Source: Mobula hypostoma (Eukaryota). Taken from it: a stretch of 64,000 bases of DNA. The translations under genes were made by a program, and so were the position numbers. The notes under the pieces were generated by a model. The model made no database searches. It was given only the letters and a program-made list of their open reading frames with translations, and had not been told where the DNA came from. Positions 12,854 to 25,790 of the stretch are shown here, piece by piece (positions within the stretch are counted from its first letter, which is position 1; the number at the start of each line of letters is the position of its first letter). Where the stretch lies: contig NC_086097.1 in the NCBI RefSeq assembly GCF_963921235.1, positions 231,882,001 to 231,946,000 of the forward strand, given 5' to 3'.

Positions 12854-15800
12854 TCAGAACCCTGCACCAGCCTTCCCTCCATACCCCCTGATCCCCGTAG
12901 CCACAAGGGCCATATCTAATTCCCTCTTAAATATAGCCAATGAACTGGCCTCAACTGTTTCCTGTGGCAGAGAATTCCACAGATTCACCACTCTCTGTGT
13001 GAAGAAGTTTTTCCTAATCTCGGTCCTAAAAGGCTTCCCGTTTATCCTCAAACTGTGACCCCTCGTTCTGGACTTCCCCAACATCGGGAACAATCTTCCT
13101 GCATCTAGCCTGTCCAATCCCTTTAGGATTTTATACGTTTCAATCAGATCCCCCCTCAATTTTCTAAATTCCAATGAGTACAAGCCCAGTTCATCCAGTC
13201 TTTCTTCATATGAAAGTCCTGCCATCCCAGGAATCAATCTGGTGAACCTTCTTTGTACTCCCTCCATGGCAAGGATGTCTTTCCTCAGATTAGGGGACCA
13301 AAACTGCACACAATACTCCAGGTGTGGTCTCACCAAGGCCTTGTACAACTGCAGTAGTACCTCCCTGCTCCTGTACTCGAATCCTCTCGCTATAAATGCC
13401 AGCATACCATTTGCCTTTTGCACCGCCTGCTGTACCTGCATGCCCACTTTCAATGACTGGTGTATAATGACACCCAGGTCTCGTTGCACCTCCCCTTTTC
13501 CTAATCGGCCACCATTCAGATAATAATCTGTTTTCCTATTTTTGCCACCAAAGTGGATAACTTCACATTTATCCACATTAAATTGCATCTGCCATGAATT
13601 TGCCCACTCACCCAACCTATCCAAGTCACCCTGCATCCTCTTAGCATCCTCCTCACAGCTAACACTGCCGCCCAGCTTCGTGTCATCCACAAACTTGGAG
13701 ATGCTGCATTTAATTCCCTCATCCAAGTCATTAATATATATTGTAAACAACTGGGGTCCCAGCACTGAGCCTTGCGGTACCCCACTAGTCACCGCCTGCC
13801 ATTCTGAAAAGGTCCCGTTTATTCCCACTCTTTGCTTCCTGTCAGCTAACCAATTCTCTATCCACATCAATACCTTACCCCCAATACCGTGTGCTTTAAG
13901 TTTGCACACTAATCTCCTGTGTGGGACCTTGTCAAAAGCCTTTTGAAAATCCAGATATACCACATCCACTGGTTCTCCCCTATCCACTCTACTAGTTACA
14001 TCCTCAAAAAATTCTATGAGATTCGTCAGACATGATTTTCCTTTCACAAATCCATGCTGACTTTGTCCGATCATTTCACCGCTTTCCAAATGCGCTGTTA
14101 TCAAATCTTTGATAACTGACTCCAGCAGTTTCCCCACCACCGACGTTAGGCTAACCGGTCTATAATTCCCCGGTTTCTCTCTCCCTCCTTTTTTAAAAAG
14201 TGGGGTTACATTAGCCACCCTCCAATCCTCAGGAACTGGTCCAGAATCTAACGAGTTTTGAAAAATTATCACTAATGCATCCACTATTTCTTGGGCTACT
14301 TCCTTAAGCACTCTGGGATGCAGACCATCTGGCCCTGGGGATTTATCTGCCTTTAATCCCTTCAATTTACCTAACACCACTTTCCTACTATCATGTATTT
14401 CGCTCAGTTCCTCCATTCCACTGGACCCTCTGTCCCCTACTATTTCTGGAAGATTATTTATGTCCTCCTTAGTGAAAACAGAACCAAAGTAATTATTCAA
14501 TTGGTCTGCCATGTCCTTGCTCCCCATAATCAATTCACCTGTTTCTGTCTGTAGGGGACCTACATTTGTCTTTACCAGTCTTTTCCTTTTTACATATCTA
14601 TAAAAGCTTTTACAGTCAGATTTTATGTTCCCTGCCAGTTTTCCCTCATAATCTTTTTTCCCCTTCCTAATTAAACCCTTTGTCCTCCTCTGCTGAACTC
14701 TGAATTTCTCCCAGTCCTCAGGTGAGCCACCTTTTCTGGCTAATTTGTATGCTTCTTCTTTGGAATTGATACTATCCCTAATTTCTCTTGTCAGCCACGG
14801 GTGCACTACCTTCCTTGATTTATTCTTTTGCCAAACTGGGATGAACAATTGTTGTAGTTCATCCATGCAACCTTTAAATGCTTGCCATTGCATATCCACC
14901 GTCAATCCTTTAAGTGTCATTTGCCAGTCTATCCTAGCTAATTCACGTCTCATACCTTCAAAGTTACCCCTCTTTAAGTTCAGAACCTTTGTTTCTGAAT
15001 TAACTATGTCACTCTCCATCTTAATGAAGAATTCCACCATATTATGGTCACTCTTACCCAAGGGGCCTCTCGCGACAAGATTGCTAATTAACCGTTCCTC
15101 ATTGCTCAAAACCCAGTCCAGAATAGCCTGCTCTCTAGTTGGTTCCTCGACTGTTGGTTCAAAAAACCATCCCGCATACATTCCAAGAAATCCTCTTTCT
15201 CAGCACCTTTACCAATTTGGTTCACCCAATCTACATGTAGATTGAAGTCACCCATTATAACTTCTGTTCCTTTATTGCACACATTTCTAATTTCCTGTTT
15301 AATACCATCTCCGACCTCACTACTACTGTTAGGTGGCCTGTACACAACTCCCACCAGCGTTTTCTGCCCCTTAGTGTTACGCAGCTCTACCCATATCGAT
15401 TCCACATCTTCCCAGCTTATGTCCTTCCTTTCTATTGCATTAATCTCATCTTTAACCAGCAACGCCACCCCACCTCCTTTTCTTTCATGTCTATCCCTCC
15501 TGAATATTGAATATCCCTGAAGGTTGAGCTCCCATCCTTGGTCACCCTGGAGCCATGTCTCTGTGATCACAACTATATCATAATCATTAATATCAATCTG
15601 CACTTTCAATTCATCCACCTTGTTACGAATGCTCCTTGCATTGACACACAAAGCCTTCAGGCGCTCTTTTACAACTCTCTTAGCCCTTATACAATCGTGT
15701 TGAAAAGTGGCCCTTTTTGATGCTTGCCCTGGATTTGTTGGCCTGCCACTTTTACTTTTCTCCTTACTACTTTTTGCTTCTACCCTCACTTTACACCCCT

Positions 15801-15900
15801 CTGTCTCTCTGCACTGGTTCCCGTCCCCCTGTTGTGAACTAACCTCCTCTCGTCTAGCCTCTTTAATTTGATTCCCACCCCCCAACCATTCTAGTTTAAA
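12854..15900 (-). pseudogene. CR1 ORF2 (APE endonuclease + reverse transcriptase), single 1-nt deletion near 15151
   Basis: NARS, ITETWL, YRPP, GDFN, SDHN, PQGSVLGP, FVDD; reads caacagtcg where the copy at 19547 has caacatgtcg. Confidence 0.93.
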
Positions 15901-16826
15901 GTCACCTCAGTAGCCCTCGCTAATCTCCCTGCCAGGATATTGGTCCCCCTAGGATTCAAGTGTAACCCGTCCTTTTTGTACAGGTCACGCCTGCGCCAAA
16001 AGAGGTCCCAATGATCCAAAAACTTGAATCCCTGCCTCCTGCTCCAATCCCTCAGCCACGCATTTATCCTCCACCTCATCGCATTCCTACTCTCACTGTC
16101 GTGTGGCACAGGCAGTAATCCCGAGATTACTACCTTTGCGGTCCTTTTTCTCAACTCCCTTCCTAGCTCCTTATATTCTCCTTGCAGAACCTCTTCCCTT
16201 TTCCTACCTATGTCATTGGTACCTATATGCACCACAACCTCTGGCTCCTCACCCTCCCACTTCAGGATATCTTGAACACGATCAGAAATATCCTGAACCC
16301 TGGCACCAGGGAGGCAAACTACCATCCGGGTCTCTGGACTGCGTCCACAGAATCGCCTATCTGACCCCCTTACTATCGAGTCCCCTATCACAACTGCCCT
16401 CCTCTTCCTTTCCCTACCCTTCTGAGCTACAGGGCCGGACTCTGTGCCGGAGGCACGGCCACTATCGCTTCCCCCAGGTAAGCTGTCCCCCCCAACAGTA
16501 CTCAAACAGGAGTACCTATTGTCAAGGGGCACAGCCACCGGGGTACTCTCTATTACCTGACTCTTCCCCTTCCCCCTCCTAACCGTGACCCACTTGTCTG
16601 CCTCCCGTGGCCCCGGTGTGACCACCTGCCTGCAACTCCTCTCTATCAACTCCTCACTCTCCCTGACCAGACGAAGGTCATCGAGCTGCAGCTCCAGTTC
16701 CCTAACACGATCCCTTAGGAGCTGCATCTCGATGCACTTGGCACAGATGTAGACGTCTGGGAGGCTTGGAGACTCCAGGGCCTCCCACATCCGAGACCGA
16801 GAACAACAAATTGCCCTCACACTCAT
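15891..16826 (-). CDS. CR1 ORF1p: Cys-rich zinc-finger-like region, coiled coil, SGNH esterase
   Basis: Open frame from ATG at 16826; CAKC, LRDRVRELELQLDDL, GDSIVRG, HIGTND, DGLHLN. Confidence 0.9.
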   Translation of the reverse strand: MSVRAICCSRSRMWEALESPSLPDVYICAKCIEMQLLRDRVRELELQLDDLRLVRESEELIERSCRQVVTPGPREADKWVTVRRGKGKSQVIESTPVAVPLDNRYSCLSTVGGDSLPGGSDSGRASGTESGPVAQKGRERKRRAVVIGDSIVRGSDRRFCGRSPETRMVVCLPGARVQDISDRVQDILKWEGEEPEVVVHIGTNDIGRKREEVLQGEYKELGRELRKRTAKVVISGLLPVPHDSESRNAMRWRINAWLRDWSRRQGFKFLDHWDLFWRRRDLYKKDGLHLNPRGTNILAGRLARATEVTLN

Positions 16827-18674
16827 ACTGTCCCTCTCCTCAAATAACAACAGAAAATGAATACCAAACCTCCCTCGCTTCGCCCCTTTCTGCCTAAGCC
16901 CGTTGAGCCGAAGCCCTTAAGCCTTCACTCTGCTCCCGGCTCACTCCGCAGCCCGCCCGCTGTATGAGGCTCTGTTCCTTTTAAATCTGCCGCGCTGCAC
17001 TGCCCGACGTCACACACCTGTGCAGTTCCGCCTCTCTGAACGCCGTTGGAGAAAAAAACCCGAAAATTTCAAAAATGTCTAACGAGTGCCTTATAAAGCT
17101 GCAATATCACACACCTACTCCTGTATTCTATACATCTAGAAATGAATGCCAATATTGCATTTGCCTTCTTCACCAGCATCTCAACCCGGAGGTTAACCTT
17201 TAGAGGAGGTATCCTGAACAAGGACTCCCAAGTCCCTTCGCATCTCTGCATTTTGAATTCTCTCCCCTTCTAAATAATAATCTGCCCGTTTATTTCTTCC
17301 ACCAAAGTGCGTGACCATACACTTTCCAACATTGTATTTCATTTGCCATTTCTTTGCCCATTCCCCTAAACTATCTAAATCTCTCTGCAGGCTCTGTTTC
17401 CTCAACACTACCCACTCCTCCACCTATCTTTGCATCATTGGCAAATTTAGTCACAAATCCATTAATCCCATAGACCAAATCATAAAAATACATCATAAAT
17501 CAGCATACATCATAAAAATACATCATAAAAATCAGCGGTCCCATCACCGACCCCTGTGAAACTCCACTGGTAACCGGCAGCAGGCCAGAATAGGATCCCT
17601 TTATTCCCACTCCCTGTTTTCTGCCAATTAGCCAATGCTCCACCCATACTGGTAATTTCTCTGTAATTCCATGGGCTCTTATCTTGCTAAGCAGCCTCAT
17701 GTGCGGCACCTTGTCAAAGGCCTTTTGAAATCGAAGTACACCACATCTACTGCATCTCCTTTGTCTACCCCGGTTGTAATTTTCTCAAAAAATTTCAGTG
17801 GGTTAGTTAGGCTGGATTTTCTTTTCAGGAAACCATGCTGGCTTTGGCCTATCTTGTCATGCTCCTCCAGGTACTACGTAATCTCATCCCTAACAATCGA
17901 TTCCAACAACTTCCCGACCACTGATGTCAGGCTAACAGGTCTATAGTTTTCCTTTCTGCTGCCTCCCACCCTTCTTAAATAGCGGAGTAACATTTGCAAT
18001 TTTCCAGTCATCCGGTACAATGCCAGAATCTATCGATTCTTGAAAAATCATTGTTAATGCCTTCGCAATCTCTCCAGCTACTTCCTTCAGAACCTGAGGC
18101 TGCATTCCATCAGGTCCAGGAGATTTATCCACCCTCAGACCATTAAGCTTCTCAGTTGTAATTTTCACTGCATAAACTTCACTTCCCTGACACTCTTGAA
18201 TGTCCAGTATACTGCAAATGTCTTCCACTGTGAAGACTGATGCAAAATGTGCATTCGGTTCCTCTGCCATCTCTGCGTCTCTCATCACAATATCTCCAAT
18301 GTCCTTTTCTATTGGTCCTATATCTACCCTCGATTCTCTTTTACCCTTTATATACTTAAAAATGCTTTTAGGTCTTGGATGTCAGTCACCAGCTTCCTTT
18401 CATAATTCATCTTTTCCTTCCAAATGACCTTCTTAGTTTCATTCTGCAAGTTTTTATAAGCTTCCCAATCCTCTATCTTCTCACTAGCTTTGGCTTCCTT
18501 GTAGGCCCTCTCATTTGTTTTTACTTTGGCTTTGATTTCACTTGTCAGCCATAGTAGTATCCTTTTTCCATTCAAAAATTTCTTCTTACTTGGAATATAT
18601 CTGTCTTGCTCTTCCCTCACTTTTCGCAGAAACTACAGCCATTGCTGCTCTGCTGTCCTTCCTGCTAGTGTCCC

Positions 18675-21600
18675 TGTAGTGTTCTCGTGCAGTGTGTTGA
18701 AACTCTGACTAAACACCAAGTTAAACCGGAGCCAATGAAAACAGTGTCGCGGTAAGGTTAACCATTTACTGTTCACTCTTCCACATTATGAAAACTGCAT
18801 GGTGAAAACTGTTGGTAAGAAAAATACAAACACATACAGCGTCTGTTTCATTGTGGAGACCACGCGTTCTCTCTTCTTTTAGCCAGTGTCTCCAGCCGCC
18901 CCGAGTAGGGAGAGAGGGGTCCCGTCAAACCGTCATCGGGCCCGAGCCCACCCCGTGTTTGAAATTGAAAAGGCAACACACGCACCACCCGAACCGCCAC
19001 TTCCTTAACAGAAACCGTGTTAATATTTTTACTTTAAATACTTTCACAGGAACTTACGGTGTTGCAAGGAGCATTCATAATAAGGTGGATGAATTGAAAG
19101 TGCAGATTGTTATTAATGATTATGATATAGTTGGGATCACAGAGACATGGCTCCAGGGTGACCAGGGATGGGAGCTCAACGTTCAGGGATATTCAATATT
19201 CAGGAGGGATAGACATGAAGGAAGGGGAGGTGGGGTGGCGTTGCTGGTTAAAGAAGAGATTAACGCAATAGAAAGGAAGGACATAAGCCGGGAAGATGTG
19301 GAATCGATATGGGTAGAGCTGCGTAACACTAAGGGGCAGAAGACACTGGTGGGAGTTGTGTACAGGCCACCTAACAGTAGTAGTGAGGTCGGAGATGGTA
19401 TTAAACAGAAAATTAGAAATGTGTGCAATAAAGGAACAGCAGTTATAATGGGTGACTTCAATCTACATGTAGATTGGGTGAACCAAATTGGTAAAGGTGC
19501 TGAGGAAGAGGATTTCTTGGAATGTATGCGGGATGGTTTTTTGAACCAACATGTCGAGGAACCAACTAGAGAGCAGGCTATTCTGGACTGGGTTTTGAGC
19601 AATAAGGAAGGGTTAATTAGCGATCTTGTCGTGAGAGGCCCCTTGGGTAAGAGTGACCATAATATGCTGGAATTCTTCATTAAGATGGAGAGTGATATAG
19701 TTAATTCAGAAACAAAGGTTCTGAACTTAAAGAGGTGTAACTTTGAAGGTATGAGATGTGAATTAGCTAAGATAGACTGGCAAATGACACTTAAAGGATT
19801 GACGGTGGATATGCAATGGCAAGCATTTAAGGATTGCATGGATGAACTACAACAATTGTTCATCCCAGTTTGGCAAAAGAATAAATCAAGGAAGGTAGTG
19901 CACCCGTGGCTGACAAGAGAAATTAGGGATAGTATCAATCCAAAGAAGAAGCATACAAATTAGCTAGAGAAAGTGGCTCACCTGAGGACTGGGAGAAATT
20001 CAGAGTTCAGCAGAGGAGGACAAAGGGCTTAATTAGGAAGGGGAAAAAAGATTATGAGAGAAAACTGGCAGGGAACATAAAAACGGACTGTAAAAGCTTT
20101 TTATAGATATGTAAAAAGGAAAAGACTGGTAAAGACAAATGTCGGTCCCCTGCAGACAGAAACAGGTGAATTGATTATGGGGAGCAAGGACATGGCAGAC
20201 CAATTGAATAATTACTTTGGTTCTGTCTTCACTAAGGAGGACATAAATAATCTTCCAGAAATAGCAGGGGACAGAGGAGGAACTGAGCGAAATACACGTT
20301 AGTAGGGAAGTGGTGTTAGGTAAATTGAAGGGATTGAAGGCAGATAAATCCCCAGGGCCAGATGGTCTGCATCCTAGAGTGCTTAAGGAAGTAGCCCAAG
20401 AAATAGTGGATGCATTAGTGATAATTTTTCAAAACTCGTTAGATTCTGGACTAGTTCCTGAGGATTGGAGGGTGGCTAATGTAACTCCACTTTTTAAAAA
20501 AGGAGGGAGAGAGAAACCGGGGAATTGTAGACCGGTTAGCCTAACGGTGGGGAAACTGCTGGAGTCAGTTATCAAGGATGTGATAGCAGCACATTTGGAA
20601 AGCGGTGAAATGATCGGACAAAGTCAGCATGGATTTGTGAAAGGAAAATCATGTCTGACGAATCTCATAGAGTTTTTTGAGGATGTAACTAGTAGAGTGG
20701 ATAGGGGAGAACCAGTGGATGTGGTATATTTGGATTTTCAAAAGGCTTTTGACAAGGTCCCACACAGGAGATTAATGTGCAAACTTAAAGCACACGGTAT
20801 TGGGGGTAAGGTATTGGTGTGGGTGGAGAATTGGTTAGCAGACAGGAAGCAAAGAGTGGGAATAAACGGGACCTTTTCAGAATGGCAGGCGGTGACTAGT
20901 GGGGTACCGCAAGGCTCAGTGCTGGGACCCCAGTTGTTTACAATATATATTAATGACTTGGATGAGGGAATTAAATGCAGCATCTCCAAGTTTGTGGATG
21001 ACACAAAGCTGGGTGGCAGTGTTAGCTGTGAAGAGGAAGCTAAGAGGATGCAGGGTGACTTGGATAGGTTGGGTGAGTGGGCAAATTCATGGCAGATGCA
21101 ATTTAATGTGGATAAATGTGAAGTTATCCACTTTGGTGGCAAAAATAGGAAAACAGATTATTATCTGAATGGTGGCCGATTAGGAAAAGGGGAGGTGCAA
21201 CGAGACCTGGGTGTCATTATACACCAGTCATTGAAAGTGGGCATGCAGGTACAGCAGGCGGTGAAAAAGGCGAATGGTATGCTGGCATTTATAGCGAGAG
21301 GATTCGAGTACAGGAGCAGGGAGGTACTACTGCAGTTGTACAAGGCCTTGGTGAGACCACACCTGGAGTATTGTGTGCACTTTTGGTCCCTTAATCTGAG
21401 GAAAGACATCCTTGCCTTAGAGGGAGTGCAAAGAAGGTTCACCAGATTGATTCCTGGGATGGCAGGACTTTCATATGAAGAAAGACTGGATGAACTGGGC
21501 TTGTACTCGTTGGAATTTAGAAGATTGAGGGGGGATCTGATTGAAACGTATAAGATCCTAAAGGGATTGGACAGGCTAGATGCAGGAAGATTGTTCCCGA

Positions 21601-22210
21601 TGTTGGGGAAGTCCAGAACGAGGGGCCACAGTCTGAGGATAAAGGGGAAGCCTTTTAGGGCCAAGATTAGGAAAAACTTCTTCACACAGAGAGTGGTGAA
21701 TCTGTGGAATTCTCTGCCACAGGAAACAGTTGAGGCCAGTTCATTGGCTATATTTAAGAGGGAGTTAGATATGGCCCTTGTGGCTACGGGGGTCAGGGGG
21801 TATGGAAGGAAGGCTGGGGCAGGGTTCTGAGTTGGATGATCAGCCATGATCATAATAAATGGCGGTGCAGGCTTGAAGGGCCGAATGGCCTACTCCTGCA
21901 CCTATTTTCTATGTTTCTATGTTTCTATGCTTCTATAATGTTTCTTTGTGGGTAGAAACAGGGCTTTTCACAATCATGCTGCACGCATGGCACCCACCTT
22001 CACACCTTCCCGAACCGGAGGTTACACATAAGACACGGCGAAACCGGAGGTGACGTCATCACATGCCGTGATCTACCATAGACAATGAATTTACCTTTGT
22101 TATACTGTAACATAATTATCAATCTTTAACTTTAACTAGAAAATAGCTACAAACAAATCATTTAAAACGTAGACCCAACAAAGTCAAATAAATGCCTTAA
22201 GGGCAACACA
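18675..22210. mobile_element. Solo LTR (~660 bp net) interrupted by a young CR1
   Basis: TG...CA termini; 5-bp TSD GTCCC at 18670-18674 and 22211-22215 inside the old CR1. Confidence 0.85.
19063..21936 (+). mobile_element. Young CR1, truncated at the start of the endonuclease, frameshifted
   Basis: EN and RT ORFs 18812..19963 and 20310..21830; indels near 19940, 20100 and 20275; tail present. Confidence 0.96.
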
Positions 22211-23059
22211 GTCCCTTTCCTGTCAACTTTGGCCAATTCCTCTCTCATGCCATTGTAATTTCCTTTATTTCACTGAAATACCAACACATTGGATTTTAGT
22301 TTCTCCGTTTCAAATTTCAAAGTGAACTCGATCATATTGTGATCACTGTTCCTGAAGGGTTCCTTAACCTGAAGCTCTCTTATCACCTCTGGATCATTGC
22401 ACAACACCCAATACAGCACAACCGATACCCTAGTGGGCTCAACAACGAGCTGTTCTAAAAAGCCATCCCTTAGACGTTCTACAAATTCTCTCTCTTGAGG
22501 TCCAGTACTGATCTGGTTTTCCCAATCCACTTTCATATTAAAATCCCCAACGATTATCATGACATTGCCCTTCTGACATGCCTTTTGTTTCTCCTGCTGT
22601 AATTTGTAATCCACATCCCAGCTGCTGTTTGGATACAATTGCTATTAGTGTCCTTTTACCCTTGCCATTTCTTAACTCAACCCATAGAGACTCTACACCT
22701 TCCAATCCTATGTCATCCCTTTCTAATGATTTAATATTATTCCTTATACGCAGGGCCACACCACCCCCTCTGCCTGCTAACCTATCTTTCCAATACACCG
22801 TATATCCTTGGACGTTCAGCTCCCAATGGCAGCCATCCTTTAGCCAAGTTTCAGAGATGGCCACAACGCTATATTTGCCAATCTGTAGCTGAATTTCAAG
22901 ATCGTCCCTTTATCTTCATCGCCCTCTTAGAATCTGCCACTGTCTCCAGGAGGGTGGGGACAATATTGTCTACTTTAAGAACCACTGGTTTAAACCAATG
23001 ATCTGTCGTTTTATGTACATCTGATGTTAGGGGTAAAAAGTCCCACAATCTACCTGATC

Positions 23060-23990
23060 TATGAACGTAAGAGTTAGGAGCAGGTTCTGGCCTGAGAAAC
23101 CTGCTCTGCCGTTCAATAATTTCATGTCTGATCTGGTCAAGGACACAGCTCCATCTACATACCTGCCTTTTCCTTATAACCCTTAATTCTCCAAATATGC
23201 AAAAATCTATCCAACTGTCTTAAGTATTTTATCCTCTACTGCTTCCTTGGGCAGAGTATTCCACATCGCTGGGAAAAGCTGTTCCTCCTTATTTCCATCC
23301 TAATTTTATTCTCCCGAATCTTTGAGACTATGTCCCCTAGTTTTAGTCTGCAGACTCTCAGCGTCCTCTGCACAATTTGCTTTTGCTCTTAATTTAGCAT
23401 CATCAGCAAACTCGGATGCGCTACACTCTGTCCCTTCAGCTAATTGCTAAATTGAATCGTGAATGTTTGTGGACCCAACACAGAACCCCACTCACCACTG
23501 GTTGCCATTCAGAAAAACATCTTTTTATCCCAGTTCTCTGCCTTCTATTGGTTAACCAATCCTCTAATCAAGCTAAAATATTACCCCATCTCCATGTATC
23601 CTATCTTATGGATAGGTCTTTTATGTGGCACCGTATCAAAAGCCTTCTGGAAAACCAAGTATACATCTCCAGCTGTTTCTCACCATCCACTGTGCCTGTT
23701 ACATCCATTAAAAACTCCAGTAAATTTGTCAAACAGGACTTGACCTTCTTGAACATACTATGTCTGCCTGATAGAACCATTTCTATCCAGATGTCTTGCT
23801 ATTTTTTATCTTAATGATTAAATGCCTGAAGCATTTTCCGAAGTACAGACATTAAGATAACTGCCCTATCGTTACCTGAATTCCACCTACTTTCTTTTTT
23901 AAACAGTGACATAACATTTGCTGCTTTCCTGTCTGCTAAGACTTGCCCAGAGTCCGGAGAATTTTGATAACTGTTCACCCTTGCCTCTGC
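23060..23990 (-). mobile_element. Highly decayed CR1 fragments
   Basis: Remnants of the ANV..LFKK and DFQKAFD motifs and a 3' UTR. Confidence 0.7.
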
Positions 23991-24510
23991 TGGAGAGGGA
24001 GGAGGGATGCTTACAGGTCTACTTTGAGTTGATGGACTAGACATTATTCAAGGATTCCTTCGAATCTGAATGGACAACTTCATCAAGACCTGTGTGGATG
24101 AGTGGGTGACTTTGAGAACATACCGGACATACCCCAAACCAAAATCGATGGATGAACCAAGAGATTCATAGTCTCCTGAGAGCTAGATCTGTGGCATTCA
24201 AGACTTGTGATCCAGAACTATAGAAAAAGTCCAGGTACCACCTACAGGAGGCGAATTTTAAGAGCAAAAATACAATTCTGACTGAAGCTAGAAACGAAAA
24301 TGGAAGCACATCAGCTGTGGCAGGGTTTACAGGCCATTACTTCCTACAAAGAGAAACCTACCATCATGGATGGCTGTGATGCTTCACACCAGATGAGCTC
24401 AAAGCCTTTTCTGCACACTTTGAAAGGGAGAATAAAACTACACCTGTGCAAATCCCTGCGGCATTTGGTGACTATGTGATCTCCGTCTCGGCGGCCGATG
24501 TCAGAACATC

Positions 24511-24860
24511 GTATAAGATGATTAGAGGCATGGGTTGTGTGGATAGTCAGAGGCCTTTTCCCAGGGCTGAAATGGCTGACATGAGAGGGCACAGTTTTAA
24601 GGTGCTTGGAGGGGATGTCAGGGGTAAGTTTTTTACGCAGAGAGTGGTGAGTGTGTGGAGTGGGCTGCTGGCAACTGTGGTGGAGGCGGATATAACAGGG
24701 TCTTGTAAGAGACTCTTGGACAGGTACATGGAGCTTAGAAAAATAGAGGGCTATGGGTAACCCTAGATAATTTCTAAAGTAAGTACATGTTTGGCACAGC
24801 ATTGTGGGCTGAAGGGTCTGTACTGTGCTGTAGGTTTTCTTTGTTTCTATGTTTCTATGT
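24511..24860 (+). mobile_element. CR1 3' fragment (third subfamily) with TSD
   Basis: KFFTQRVVSVW; TSD AACATC at 24505-24510 and 24861-24866. Confidence 0.85.
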
Positions 24861-25790
24861 AACATCTTACAAGAGAGTGAATCCTCAGAAGATGTCAAGC
24901 CCGGATGGTGTATCTGTTCGGGCACTGGAAACCTGTGCCAAGCAGCTGGTGTGAGTGTTCAAGGACAGCTTCAATCTCTCTCAGCTGCAGTTGGAGATTC
25001 CTACTGGCTTCAAAAGGGTGACAACCATACCAGTGTCTAAGATGAACAGGGTGAGCTTCCTAAACGACTATAGCCAAGTAGCACTCACATCTATTGTGAT
25101 GAAATGTTTTCAGAGGTTGGTCATGGGCAGACTGAACTCCTGCCTAAGCAAGGACCCGGGCCCACTGCAATGTGCCTATCAGCACAATAGGTCTGCAGCG
25201 GACTGTCTATCCATTCGGCTTTGGATCACCTGGACAACAGCAATAGTTGCATCAAGCTGCTGTTTATTGATTATGGTTCAGTGTTCAACACCATCATCCC
25301 CCTCAGTACTGATCAATAAGCTTCAAAACCTGGGCCCCTGCACCTCACTTTGCAACTGGATCCTTAATTTCCTAATTTGGGAGACTACAGCCAATGTGAA
25401 TCAGAGATAACATCTCCTCCTTGCTGATGATCAACACTGGCACACCTCAAGGATGCATGTTTAGCACTGCTCTAATCTTTGTACACCCGTGACTATGTGG
25501 CTAGGCACAGCTCAAGTTCCATCTATTACTTTGCTAATGACACAACTATTGTTGGCAGAATTTCAGATGGTTACGAGGAGACATACAAGAGCAAGGGAGA
25601 TCAGTTGGTTGAGTGGTGTCACAATAACAACCTTGTTCTGAACGTTAGTAAGGCCAAAGAATTGACTTTGGACTTCAGGAAGGGTAAGTCAAGAGAACAC
25701 ACTCCAGGCCTCATTGAGGATCAACAGTTGAAAGGGTGAGCAGTTTAAAATTCATGGATGTCAACATCTCTGAAGTCTATCCTATACTTA

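Larger units (their letters stand above)
12756..17076 (-). mobile_element. Full-length young CR1 LINE (~4.3 kb)
   Basis: GC-rich 5' UTR, ORF1, ORF2, 3' UTR and (TTTCTATG)n tail; inserted without a TSD in aagtgtg|gtctaac of the old CR1. Confidence 0.97.
12185..22905 (-). mobile_element. Old CR1 LINE split into three pieces (12185-12755, 17077-18674, 22211-22905)
   Basis: Collinear ORF2 fragments from the endonuclease (AISETWL, VGDFN, SDHN) through RT to the 3' tail; junctions rejoin seamlessly. Confidence 0.9.
9700..22987 (-). mobile_element. Decayed hAT (Charlie/Buster, ZBED5/SCAND3-like) DNA transposon hosting nested insertions
   Basis: Transposase fragments at 9700-11900: FAVQLDEST, ACATAGSPSMAG, IAKSGKSNTIGEELI, EEELISLQNDFELK; TIR-like CAGTGGTTCTT on the minus strand ending at 22987. 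Linking that TIR to this element is inference. Confidence 0.7.

Noticed and set aside
18812..19963. 383-aa ORF fusing LTR sequence to the CR1 endonuclease
   Set aside because: It starts at TTG, is a chance read-through across an insertion junction, and is frameshifted downstream.
21161..21853. Recurrent 90-250-aa antisense ORFs (MPPKWITSH..., MIMADHPTQ..., MNLLCTPS...)
   Set aside because: They are antisense shadows of CR1 ORF2 and recur only because the copies are near-identical.
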